Source: Clostridiales bacterium
GTDB taxonomy: Bacteria > Bacillota > DSM-16504 > Desulfitibacterales > JAICDB01
Assembly (NCBI GenBank): GCA_020063565.1
Contig: JAICDB010000005.1
Coordinates: forward strand, 3,849 to 67,848
DNA length: 64,000 nt
Direction: 5' to 3'
The position numbers and the translations under genes were made by a program. Shown in pieces: positions 41,601-49,572 of the stretch. A model generated the notes under the pieces. That model saw only the letters and a list, made by a program, of their open reading frames with translations. It was not told the origin of the DNA and did not search any database. Positions within the stretch are counted from its first letter, which is position 1. Every line of letters begins with the position of its first letter.

Positions 41601-42386
41601 TGTAACCTGTGGGATATGGCTGACCTTCGAAACCACCGCCATCATGGGGCTTTTGGAGTATTTATTGCTGAAAAGAAAGGTTCAAACTACTTGGATCCGA
41701 AAACCCGCGAACCGGTGAACCCTGGGGGCAGCCAAGTAATTATAAGCCATCCACTTCTGGGTGAGTTTCGAGAATTTGTTCTGCTGATGCATGATGGTGT
41801 TAGGCTGTTTGATACTAACGGTAATTTGATCATTGACCCGCAGCCGGTTATCAACGGTGCTCAAGAAAAGGATGAAGAACATGAAAATTTTGAGGATCAG
41901 GGATCACGGGGATTCAATTACCGGGCGGAACGCTTCCGCAATCGCCTGGCGAAAAACCCCGATGTATCTAAGGTGTTTAGCTCCCGATTCCATGGTGATC
42001 CAGCCACGCCGGTGTTCCTGGCTTATCCCGGTGACCCTGTTACGGTACGCTTCGTGTACCCCGCTGATAAACCCAGGGCACAAGCCTTTACAATTCACGG
42101 TCATAAATGGCGCCGCAGCCCAAAAGATCTAAATTCACCCATCGTCTCGGTACGGGGCCAAAACAGCGTAGGCTCTGCTGATAATTTCCAGTTCCAGTAC
42201 GGTGCTGGTAGTAGGTTTAGTATTCCCGGTGACTACATGTACCGGTCCGGTAATATTCGCTGGCATCTTGAACTGGGCGTATGGGGCATTATCCGAGTGT
42301 TAGCTGGACCCAATCCCTGTCTCGCACCGCTTGATAACCTGACCTTCGTAAAGGAAGATGTATCTCAAAATGGGGGTATGGAATAA
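38679..42386 (+). CDS. mnxG: Large multicopper oxidase, MnxG-like manganese oxidase
   Basis: 1235 aa; repeated cupredoxin domains (PLxIRANxGD/E), copper motifs HVFHYHVH, HCHLYPHFGDGM, HIH, HDH. Confidence 0.9.
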   Translation: MIRKFHIVAIPIRIVVNNFGDHNPHGMIYVLKENEAEVKKQVSQNPFTPVDLVQPLTIRANVGDTVEILFENQLPFNTSMHIQLAEYDVQTSDGAFVGCNEDSTAPPCPPGGTLTYRWHVEQEGVHIFTDLGNPLSEDEIGSNVNGLFGALIVEPKGSWWTDPISGEPLKSGLYADIHHPLLPDFREFTWFFHDEMEILDLTGEKPFDPVTFQPSSTPTQNYRSEPVRNRVRLIQEGVVCPDCEGEEVHHDSWTFGDPATPVLRAYVGDPIKVRLIHGGVKETHVFHYHVHQWLTDPEDVDSDIIDSQSISPQTSFTIKPLYGAGSFQGAFGDAVIHCHLYPHFGDGMWGIQRNFNTLQDGSQCYPNGVPIKPLQPLHDREPPPPPTPEKPGFPNFIPGIVGCKAPRPPLGIIDEREPTEIEKNQFAPNFRPGAVFVNPCIEGVTPVREYNISLIQTNVVYNRAGWHDPEGRLFVLAEDEEAVLKGEKEPEPLVIRANAGDCIRVNFTNKLPETLGGNAFQLVNRTYETGIHIHFFKFDPLCSDGANVGWNYDSAVLPGQTIRYQWFADVELRGVFIHDHLFAALHQQHGVFGAVNIEAKGSKFFEPFSLEKEIRAGTQAIITNPLIPDFREFSLFAQDFSLLFDAAGCPLNQPPFPNSQDDPGVMSINYRNEPLQFRLDRDCDPAYVFSSFVNGDPVTPLLQTYNGDPVRIRFFQGAHEESHIFNLHRQRWKRERRDLDSEITQEQHIGLSDHFTFEFDIEGNGDFDMLYYFGGIDDIWLGCWGLIRTFQEKIRDLPPLPDRPEPPPRTKLFPAPKNEAKPPRAAKPGTPCPEDVPTRRYEVVALQTPIIYNDAGDNDPCGIVFALAENEKAICDRTLNPEPLILRANVGECVEITLHNKLTGPFHNGGIHGYPSVPVDAPFPTSGRISLHPQLLAYDVRGSDGATVGFNPDQTVGPGESITYRWYVDQEVGACNLWDMADLRNHRHHGAFGVFIAEKKGSNYLDPKTREPVNPGGSQVIISHPLLGEFREFVLLMHDGVRLFDTNGNLIIDPQPVINGAQEKDEEHENFEDQGSRGFNYRAERFRNRLAKNPDVSKVFSSRFHGDPATPVFLAYPGDPVTVRFVYPADKPRAQAFTIHGHKWRRSPKDLNSPIVSVRGQNSVGSADNFQFQYGAGSRFSIPGDYMYRSGNIRWHLELGVWGIIRVLAGPNPCLAPLDNLTFVKEDVSQNGGME

Positions 42387-43150
42387 TGGATGATAAAAAT
42401 AAGAAGAAAAAACCATTCAGCTGTCCCGAGAGTTTACCAGCGTCCGTACCGGATGATCGTTTTTGTTCTCCGTTTCAATGTCCGGAAAAGATTCCCACTC
42501 CACGTTTTTCATCACCAAACAGCCCGCTTTCTCCGGAAGAATTGGAACAATTTCAGGAGTGCATTGAAGCTGCTAATGAACTACTTCGTACCCTTGGAAA
42601 TCCCGTAGATCCCAAAAACAAGAGAGAACTGCAGCTCCGCCTGCGCAAGCTGAGAGGTTTACTAATGCGGGTAGCGGTAGAGTGCGGGAATATTCAGGTA
42701 GACCTAGTTGGTACTTTGCAAGACGCCGGCAAGGACTTTGTACAGCTTGAAAGAGTTGGCCGCAGTACATTTATTCTATTCGAGAAGGTATGTTCCATAC
42801 GCCGTGTTACTGCCCCTGACGGGGTTGAACCCGGTCATAAGCAGGAATCGATCAATCTCGATACCTGTACCCGCCGGGAAATAATACTAAATTTCGGTAA
42901 GATTGTTTCAGGAGATCCCAACCTCATCAATATTTTCTTTGGGCTCCCCCTTCACCTCCGCCTTGTTAGCTTTCAGGGCTGTAAGGTGGAAGTAAAAATA
43001 GAGAATTCAGAAGAACCGGAAGTCATTCAAGGTATGCTATCCGCTTCAGAGGAGAAGTATATCCAAGTACAAAAGAACAACCAGCTGGAGCAAATTAACT
43101 TCAATAAAATATGCTTCATTGATGTCCTCACCGGGCATCCCGATAAATGA
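42386..43150 (+). CDS. Hypothetical protein coupled to mnxG, with two internal repeats of a small beta-rich domain
   Basis: Start overlaps the mnxG stop (TAATG); Pro/Cys-rich N-terminus; two L.LRL...G..V......G.L......F/Y.Q.....I.F.K.C.I units. Confidence 0.8.
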   Translation: MDDKNKKKKPFSCPESLPASVPDDRFCSPFQCPEKIPTPRFSSPNSPLSPEELEQFQECIEAANELLRTLGNPVDPKNKRELQLRLRKLRGLLMRVAVECGNIQVDLVGTLQDAGKDFVQLERVGRSTFILFEKVCSIRRVTAPDGVEPGHKQESINLDTCTRREIILNFGKIVSGDPNLINIFFGLPLHLRLVSFQGCKVEVKIENSEEPEVIQGMLSASEEKYIQVQKNNQLEQINFNKICFIDVLTGHPDK

Positions 43151-43255
43151 CAGTATTGTCCAATGCATCTAATGTTGACACTGGTGAACAGTTGTCTTTA
43201 GAATGCTGTTACCAGACGCCGGCTAAGATAACATTAAAAAAGGAGGTCATATAAT

Positions 43256-43654
43256 ATGTCTGACAAACAACATGTTCAAACCTGTTTGCCCATACCAAGT
43301 GCTTGTGACGGCTTTTTGGTGCATAAGGTATGTTGTGTCCCTTTTTCTTGTCCGCCTGTTATCTGCGACGAACGCATCCATCTCAAACTGTCCGGCTTGA
43401 CAGGTAACCTCAATTTTCAATTGTTCCGTTTGAAAGGGTGTAAGGTAGAAATAGAGTTGGATTGTCCTGCAGACGGAAAAAGTAAGGTTGAGGGCATTAT
43501 TTGCAATGTAGGAACTAATTTTGTAGATATAAAACTGGAAGATAACACTGTTATTACCGTACTGATAGAAAAGATCCGCCTCATTAAGTGGACCGATCCG
43601 CAATGTAATCCCTGTGTACCTCCTCCACCTGAGAAACCTTGTCCACCTTGTTAG
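43256..43654 (+). CDS. Cys/Pro-rich small protein, spore-coat-like
   Basis: RBS AAGGAGG; CCVPFSCPP, C-terminal CNPCVPPPPEKPCPPC; central domain resembles the repeats in the upstream ORF. Confidence 0.8.
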   Translation: MSDKQHVQTCLPIPSACDGFLVHKVCCVPFSCPPVICDERIHLKLSGLTGNLNFQLFRLKGCKVEIELDCPADGKSKVEGIICNVGTNFVDIKLEDNTVITVLIEKIRLIKWTDPQCNPCVPPPPEKPCPPC

Positions 43655-43751
43655 AAACAGTTGGTAAAAAAAGTTATTTCTATTAAGGAAAAAATTTTAA
43701 CGAGCCTGTTCGATAAGCACCTAAATTGGACCACGAAATGAACTAAGGTCG

Positions 43752-43934
43752 TTAAAATTGAGTGTTATTTTTAGAAAAAATATCGTCTGTAAGCCAATAG
43801 ATGGTTTTGACCCAACGGTCAACCATATTTGTATTTAAATCGTATCGCCTGACTACAACCGAGCTATTACTGGTTTCCATTGCTTCTTTGATTACCTGTT
43901 CTTTAAATTCTTTAGTATACTTCTTCCTTTGCAT
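43752..43934 (-). mobile_element. IS3-family transposase orfA fragment
   Basis: RKKYTKEFKEQVIKEAMETSNSSVV.RRYDL..NMV.RWVK (HTH_Tnp_1-like), truncated. Confidence 0.7.
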
Positions 43935-44021
43935 CTTAACTACCCCCTGACACCTTTATTATATTTATTAAGACTATAAATATCTGCGTGACATTTTATA
44001 TAAAAATCATGCGGGTTTATC

Positions 44022-44152
44022 CCAGTCAACCCTTTAGGGATTATAGATTTCTCCTGTATTCTGTCAAGGGTAAAGGCTTCGCTTGCTCCGCATTCGCTCC
44101 GCACCCTTGACAGAACCCATCCGAAAGCTATATAGTTATCAGGGTTGTCTGG
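44022..44152. repeat. GTCAAGGGT...ACCCTTGAC nested hairpin element (IS-end/REP-like), copy 2
   Basis: Perfect 13-bp IR TTCTGTCAAGGGT/ACCCTTGACAGAA inside an outer IR CCAGTCAACCCT/AGGGTTGTCTGG. Confidence 0.65.
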
Positions 44153-44360
44153 ATATTATTTACATCTGCTACTGTAGTGAATTTCTCCCGAAGACATACA
44201 ACCATTTAAAAATATTTCAATTGTAAACAAAAGGAAAAACAAAAAAGTCTTTTGTTTTACGGTCATAAACTTTTTTACCTTTTCAAAAATTTTGCAAAGT
44301 ATAATAACGTGATTGCAATGTTTAAATTATTTCTGATATTCCGCATTCTTTGTCAGTGAA

Positions 44361-45911
44361 TCAACTAAACACCTGACTATCAGCCAATAGCCTATCATAA
44401 TCCCGATACTGCACCGCCTCCGCCAAGTTATGCTCACTTATTTTATCATTCCCCTCAAGGTCGGCTATTGTTCTGGCTATTTTCAATATCCTGTTGTGCA
44501 TTCTAATACTCAATTTCAATGAATCAAATACCTGCTTGTAAAACTCTTCGGTATTTTTATCAAGTGCACAGAATTTATTTATCAGCTCTCCATCCATTTG
44601 AGAATTACATTCAACCCCGGGATAATCTTTAAATCTTTCTCTCTGAATTTTTCTGGCCGCTTCAACTCGCTTTTTTATCTCTGCAGAAGTTTCTCCCTTT
44701 TTATAATCATGCAGTTCTTCATATTTTAATCTCGGTACTTCAACCTGTAAGTCTATTCTATCCAGTAACGGTCCGGAGATCTTGGTAAGATAACGGCTGA
44801 TTGCATAAGGTGTACAGGTACATTCCCGCTCGGGATCGGACAGAAAGCCGCAGTTGCATGGATTCATTGCTGTAATAAGTATAAAATTTGTTGGGTATGT
44901 TACTGCTGCGTTTACCCTTGAAATAGTTACACTACCATCTTCCAGAGGTTGGCGTAGTGCATCCAGTACTTTACGATCAAATTCTGTAAGTTCATCCAAA
45001 AAGAGAACTCCATGAGTTGCCAATGTGACCTCTCCCGGCTTAGGGATAGTTCCTCCGCCAATTAAACTGGCAGTACTTGCGTTGTGATGGGGTGCACGAA
45101 AAGGCCGTTTTTTGACCAGTGGAATACCTTCAGGTAACAATCCACTAATACTATATATTTTAGTGATTTGCAGAGTTTCCTCCAAAGTTAAACCAGGCAA
45201 AATTGAAGGTAAGGCCTTGGCAAGCAGAGTTTTTCCGGTGCCCGGGGGACCTACCATCAGCACATTGTGATTTCCGGCTGCCGCTATTTCAAGTGCCCTT
45301 TTTGCACTCTCCTGACCCTTTATTTGTTCCATATCTACTTCATACCGAGCTTCTTGATCTGAGAAAATTTCGGAAATATCAACATGGGTTTGTGGAATTT
45401 CTGTTTTACCTGTTAAAAAATGGGCAGCTTCATTTAAACTCGAAACTCCATAAACGGTATTACTACCACTTAACGCTGCTTCATAACTATTTTGCTGTGG
45501 TACCAAAAACTCCATTGTTTCGTTTTCAGTGGCACTTACCATAGCTAAAACACCATTTAGCGGTCTGACATCACCATTTAGTGACAGTTCCCCCACAACA
45601 ATTTTTCCTTCCAATGCACTAAGTGGAATCTGCTCTGTAGCAGCTAAAATCCCTAATGCAATGGGTAAATCAAAGGCAGAACCTTCTTTTCTTATATCAG
45701 CAGGTGCAAGGTTAACAGTAATCTGCTTGGGAGGGAATTTAAAGCCTGAATTTTTGATTGCGGCCTTTACCCTTTCACGTGATTCCCTTACAGAAGTATC
45801 TGGCAAACCGACCATATGAAAACCAGGCAATCCTCCCGAAACATCAACTTCTACTTTTACATTAAATCCTTTAAGTCCTAGTAATGAACAACTATTAACA
45901 ATAGCAAGCAT
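44361..45911 (-). CDS. comM: YifB/ComM Mg-chelatase-like AAA+ ATPase
   Basis: VGLPD..V.ESRERV, NLAPADIRKEG, GPPGTGKT, PFRAPHH, LFLDE, SGPLLDRID. Confidence 0.93.
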   Translation of the reverse strand: MLAIVNSCSLLGLKGFNVKVEVDVSGGLPGFHMVGLPDTSVRESRERVKAAIKNSGFKFPPKQITVNLAPADIRKEGSAFDLPIALGILAATEQIPLSALEGKIVVGELSLNGDVRPLNGVLAMVSATENETMEFLVPQQNSYEAALSGSNTVYGVSSLNEAAHFLTGKTEIPQTHVDISEIFSDQEARYEVDMEQIKGQESAKRALEIAAAGNHNVLMVGPPGTGKTLLAKALPSILPGLTLEETLQITKIYSISGLLPEGIPLVKKRPFRAPHHNASTASLIGGGTIPKPGEVTLATHGVLFLDELTEFDRKVLDALRQPLEDGSVTISRVNAAVTYPTNFILITAMNPCNCGFLSDPERECTCTPYAISRYLTKISGPLLDRIDLQVEVPRLKYEELHDYKKGETSAEIKKRVEAARKIQRERFKDYPGVECNSQMDGELINKFCALDKNTEEFYKQVFDSLKLSIRMHNRILKIARTIADLEGNDKISEHNLAEAVQYRDYDRLLADSQVFS

Positions 45912-45997
45912 TTGACTGTAACTCCTTTATTTTCCAAGTTTCTTTATAATTCGACATCAAAGGAAATTCTTCCTGCTAAAAAAAGAAAAAGCTTAAA

Positions 45998-47107
45998 TCA
46001 CTGGCAACCAAGATAATCTTCTAGAAATTTAACTATTTTTTTTGCATCTGGAGGACAGCCCGGGATATTATTTTCAAATTTTTCGGTACATGTTCCAACG
46101 CCTATTCCTCCCTTCTTGATATTGCGAAAGGCTTGTCCAATATTTAACTTTTCCTGTAATTTTTCTAATTGTCCCTTTTCCTGTAAACGCTTGAGGGCAT
46201 GAATTAAGCTGCCGAAGCAAGCAGAACAAGCTTCATCTGCATTAATCCACTGTTGAAGATGGTCAACATCATCACTTGCTAATATTTCATTGGCTGCCGG
46301 TGCATCTTTATTACTGTTAAGTTCAACTACTTTATCTCGGGTTAAGTGGGTTTTACCAATTCCTAGCCTTTCAGCTAATGCAACATATTCAATATCATCT
46401 ACCGAATAGCCTATTAATTCTGCTGCATATGTATCTATCAATACAGGGTCTTTGCCAACTATAACCCTGTTCATTTGAACCGGAGTACCTCCCCCTTCAT
46501 AAGTAAGGTCACCTATAATTCCATCCACAACAATTAAATTTGAAGTTAAGACTTTATTAAGACAAGCTATGGGTTTATGTAAGCCTAAAGTATGAAAACG
46601 TCTTTTTTCTTCATCTGGTATACAACCTTTCAAATTTTTCAAGGCACAAGTTAACCTAGTCTGACAATGTGCTTTTAATACAGGCATATTAATTAAGTAG
46701 TCAACCTTTAACACCTGCTTACAAACATTAAGTGTAATACCATCAACAGTAAATTGTTGAGAATCATCATCTTTCAAATCAACCAAAGGCACATTAAATT
46801 CTTCACTAATTTCTCTATAACCACAATTTTCAAATGCTTTTTTTGTTGAATCTCCTATCCATGAGCTTTCCATAATAACAATATTTGTCAAACCCTTACT
46901 TTTAAGATAACTAATAACCCCTCTAACAAGTTCAGGTGATGTGGTCGCTCCCCAGTGGGCAGGTTGAGCTACAACCAGGTTGGGTTTAATTCCTATTAGG
47001 GGGTTGTTACCGAATTTTAGAATATCTTTTTCTATCTTAATTTCCTGTAAAATTGATGTGACCATTTCTTCAGGTTTATAGCCGTACATTATGTATAAAT
47101 TGCTCAT
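45998..47107 (-). CDS. DUF362 Fe-S protein
   Basis: IKPNLV, TTSP, PVLKAH, TCALKNLKG, C-terminal ACSAC...GTC...PGCPP. Confidence 0.88.
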   Translation of the reverse strand: MSNLYIMYGYKPEEMVTSILQEIKIEKDILKFGNNPLIGIKPNLVVAQPAHWGATTSPELVRGVISYLKSKGLTNIVIMESSWIGDSTKKAFENCGYREISEEFNVPLVDLKDDDSQQFTVDGITLNVCKQVLKVDYLINMPVLKAHCQTRLTCALKNLKGCIPDEEKRRFHTLGLHKPIACLNKVLTSNLIVVDGIIGDLTYEGGGTPVQMNRVIVGKDPVLIDTYAAELIGYSVDDIEYVALAERLGIGKTHLTRDKVVELNSNKDAPAANEILASDDVDHLQQWINADEACSACFGSLIHALKRLQEKGQLEKLQEKLNIGQAFRNIKKGGIGVGTCTEKFENNIPGCPPDAKKIVKFLEDYLGCQ

Positions 47108-47224
47108 GTGTATATTCTCCTTTTAATATAAATTCTTATTTTATTTTATCAGCCTTAAAAATTATTGCAAAAATTAACCCCCAACTATCACAAAAATTCG
47201 TTGAGGGTACACATTTTAAATTTA

Positions 47225-47581
47225 TTAAAAAGTAAATACCTTTGATTCTGCAGCCAGATCAATTAATTTATCAGCACCGGCATAAGTAGCTCCTTCAATT
47301 AAACCATCTTCGTCTAACTGACGAGTTCGAGCACAGGGTACTCATACATAAAAAGGTACTTTTTCCTTTTGAAGTTCATCAAGATATGCTTTTGCATCAT
47401 CACCTGTAGGAGCCTTAACATTATCTGCAAAACCCCTTTGTGCGTAGTAAACACCGTCATCAACAAAAAAAACATGGACTTCATGATTTTTAGCTTTTGC
47501 TATTTTAGCAAGTTGAAAAGCCCTTGTCGCTCGAGTAGGGTCTTCTAAACCACGACTCAAAACAAATAAAAATTTTGCCAT
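47225..47581 (-). CDS. DsrE-family protein with an in-frame UGA (probable selenocysteine, UxxC), 118 aa
   Basis: RBS AAGGAGG and MAKFLFV...; TGA at 47342-47344 reads through to VPCARTRQLDEDGLIEGATYAGADKLIDLAAESKVFTF*, completing the DsrE fold. Confidence 0.85.
47310..47324 (-). promoter_or_regulatory. Candidate bacterial SECIS hairpin
   Basis: UCGUC-AGUUA-GACGA starting 17 nt after the UGA, with G in the apical loop. Confidence 0.5.
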
Positions 47582-47725
47582 CCTTTGATACCTCCTTATT
47601 GATAGAAAAAATAGTACAGTGAAACAACCTTCTATCAATAATTTCGATAGATGGCTTCTAATTCCTTCCAATCCAACCAATTTTTAAAGTAAAATATATT
47701 ATTTTTCTACTATAAGTATTTATAA

Positions 47726-48088
47726 TTAAAATGCATCCCTTATAATTTCAATATTTAACTGTGGTTCAAATACAATTGCAACTACATCAAACCTACAATC
47801 TGCATCCATTAGATTATTTATTTTCAGATAATACTGGGCAAGATTTCTAAGTTTTCTTTGTTTTTTTAAGTTTACCGTTTCCTGTGGAGAACCATAGTTG
47901 CAGTTTTTTCTACTCCTTACTTCAACAAAAACTATAGTATCGCCGTCCTTAGCAATAATATCGATTTCACCAATTTTACAGGTAAAATTTCTTTCTATAA
48001 TTTGATAGTTTTGTGATATGAGCTTTCTTCTTGCCAGTTCTTCCGCCTCATTTCCCAACTTTTTACGTTCCATACTGCACTCCCCCAT
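47726..48088 (-). CDS. yraN: YraN/UPF0102 endonuclease-like protein
   Basis: GEIDIIA, VFVEV, RFDVVAI. Confidence 0.92.
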   Translation of the reverse strand: MGECSMERKKLGNEAEELARRKLISQNYQIIERNFTCKIGEIDIIAKDGDTIVFVEVRSRKNCNYGSPQETVNLKKQRKLRNLAQYYLKINNLMDADCRFDVVAIVFEPQLNIEIIRDAF

Positions 48089-48092
48089 AAAT

Positions 48093-48131
48093 TTAAAAGG
48101 AGATACACTTTTTTAGTGCATCTCCTTTTAA
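48093..48131. terminator. Hairpin after nuoN
   Basis: TTAAAAGGAGATACACT...AGTGCATCTCCTTTTAA. Confidence 0.65.
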
Positions 48132-48138
48132 TACTTAC

Positions 48139-49572
48139 TTAAAATGGAAAGAAAGCTGTAGCTACATCTAGGACAAGATTTGTGAATGGAGTTGGATAAA
48201 CTCCAAAAAATACTAAAACTATTAAACACAAAGCCAGTGCCAGTTGTACGCTACCTGGAACCTTAATAGGTTCAGCACCTTCTTCAGGTTGTCCCAGATA
48301 CATTGCCTTAGCTACTATGAGATAATAGTATACTGATACCATACTCATACCAATTGCTATAAAAGCAAGCCATATATGCCCCTGTTCTATAACAGCAGTA
48401 AAGAGGTAAAATTTACTCACAAATCCTGCAAGTGGTGGTATACCTGCTAGGGAAAGCAAGCAAATCAGCATAACTGCAGCCATTAAAGGAGACCTCTTCC
48501 AAAGTCCCTGATAATCTTTTATTTGATCGCTGCCAATAGATTTACCAACTACAGTCGCTACTCCAAAGGCTCCCATATTGGCAAAGACATACAGGAGGGA
48601 ATGGAACATGATAGCTGCAACTCCCAATTTAGAAAATGCTACCATTCCTAGCAAGATGAAGCCCGCTTGCCCAACACTTGAGTAGGCAAGCATTCTCTTG
48701 ATATTAGTTTGCGGAATGGCAACCAGGTTGCCAAGAACAAGTGTTAACACTGTTAATGCAGTTATGACGATAACCCATGTTTCCTGAACAGGAGCAAGTG
48801 CAATCATGAAAAATCTCACGAAAATGGCAAAAGCGGCAGCCTTAGAAGCTACTGACATAAAACCTGTAATAGGTGTGGGAGCTCCTTCGTAAACATCCGG
48901 AGACCACATATGAAACGGAACTGCAGAAACTTTAAAACCAAAACCGGCAAGTGTAAATATCATGCCAATCAGCAATAAGGGTTGTATTCCCTGCTGATTT
49001 ATTATCTTAGCAATTTCAGTAAGCAAAACAGATTTCGTAGCTCCGTAAACCAAACTTAAACCGTAAAGCAGCACTGCAGATGACATGGCGCTTAACAGAA
49101 CATATTTTATACCTGCCTCAGTGCTCTTTGCACAATTTTTTCTAAATGCCACAAGTATTACAAAAGCAATAGTGTTTAGCTCCAAACCTAAATAGAAAGT
49201 AATTAAATCTCCTGCTGAAACCATTATCATCATTCCCAAGGTTGCAAATGTAACTAGCGAATAGTATTCACCTTGTCCGTAACCTTGCTCTAAAATATAG
49301 TCCTTGGAAATGAGACATGTAAAAAACACTGCAATTAAAAGTAAACCTTTAAAGAACAATGAAAATGGGTCTATTAGATACATGCCATTTAAAAAGCTAG
49401 CGTTAGTTCCTGCATACAGAAAATTGACGCCAAAAATTGCTATAAAGCCGATAATAGCTATATTAGCAATTCCTTTATTATGAGTTTTAGGAACTAACAG
49501 TCCCATGACCAAAAGTATCAAACCGAGTAAAGCAGTTGCTATCTCTACTCCTAGAAGATAATATTCAGCCAT
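48139..49572 (-). CDS. nuoN: Complex I-like subunit N
   Basis: EAGIKY, FKVSAVPFHMWSPDVYEGAPTP, KRMLAYSS. Confidence 0.94.
   Translation of the reverse strand: MAEYYLLGVEIATALLGLILLVMGLLVPKTHNKGIANIAIIGFIAIFGVNFLYAGTNASFLNGMYLIDPFSLFFKGLLLIAVFFTCLISKDYILEQGYGQGEYYSLVTFATLGMMIMVSAGDLITFYLGLELNTIAFVILVAFRKNCAKSTEAGIKYVLLSAMSSAVLLYGLSLVYGATKSVLLTEIAKIINQQGIQPLLLIGMIFTLAGFGFKVSAVPFHMWSPDVYEGAPTPITGFMSVASKAAAFAIFVRFFMIALAPVQETWVIVITALTVLTLVLGNLVAIPQTNIKRMLAYSSVGQAGFILLGMVAFSKLGVAAIMFHSLLYVFANMGAFGVATVVGKSIGSDQIKDYQGLWKRSPLMAAVMLICLLSLAGIPPLAGFVSKFYLFTAVIEQGHIWLAFIAIGMSMVSVYYYLIVAKAMYLGQPEEGAEPIKVPGSVQLALALCLIVLVFFGVYPTPFTNLVLDVATAFFPF

Noticed and set aside
47582-47680. N-terminal extension of the DsrE ORF given by the track
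   Set aside because: A strong RBS precedes ATG at 47581 and the family fold starts there.
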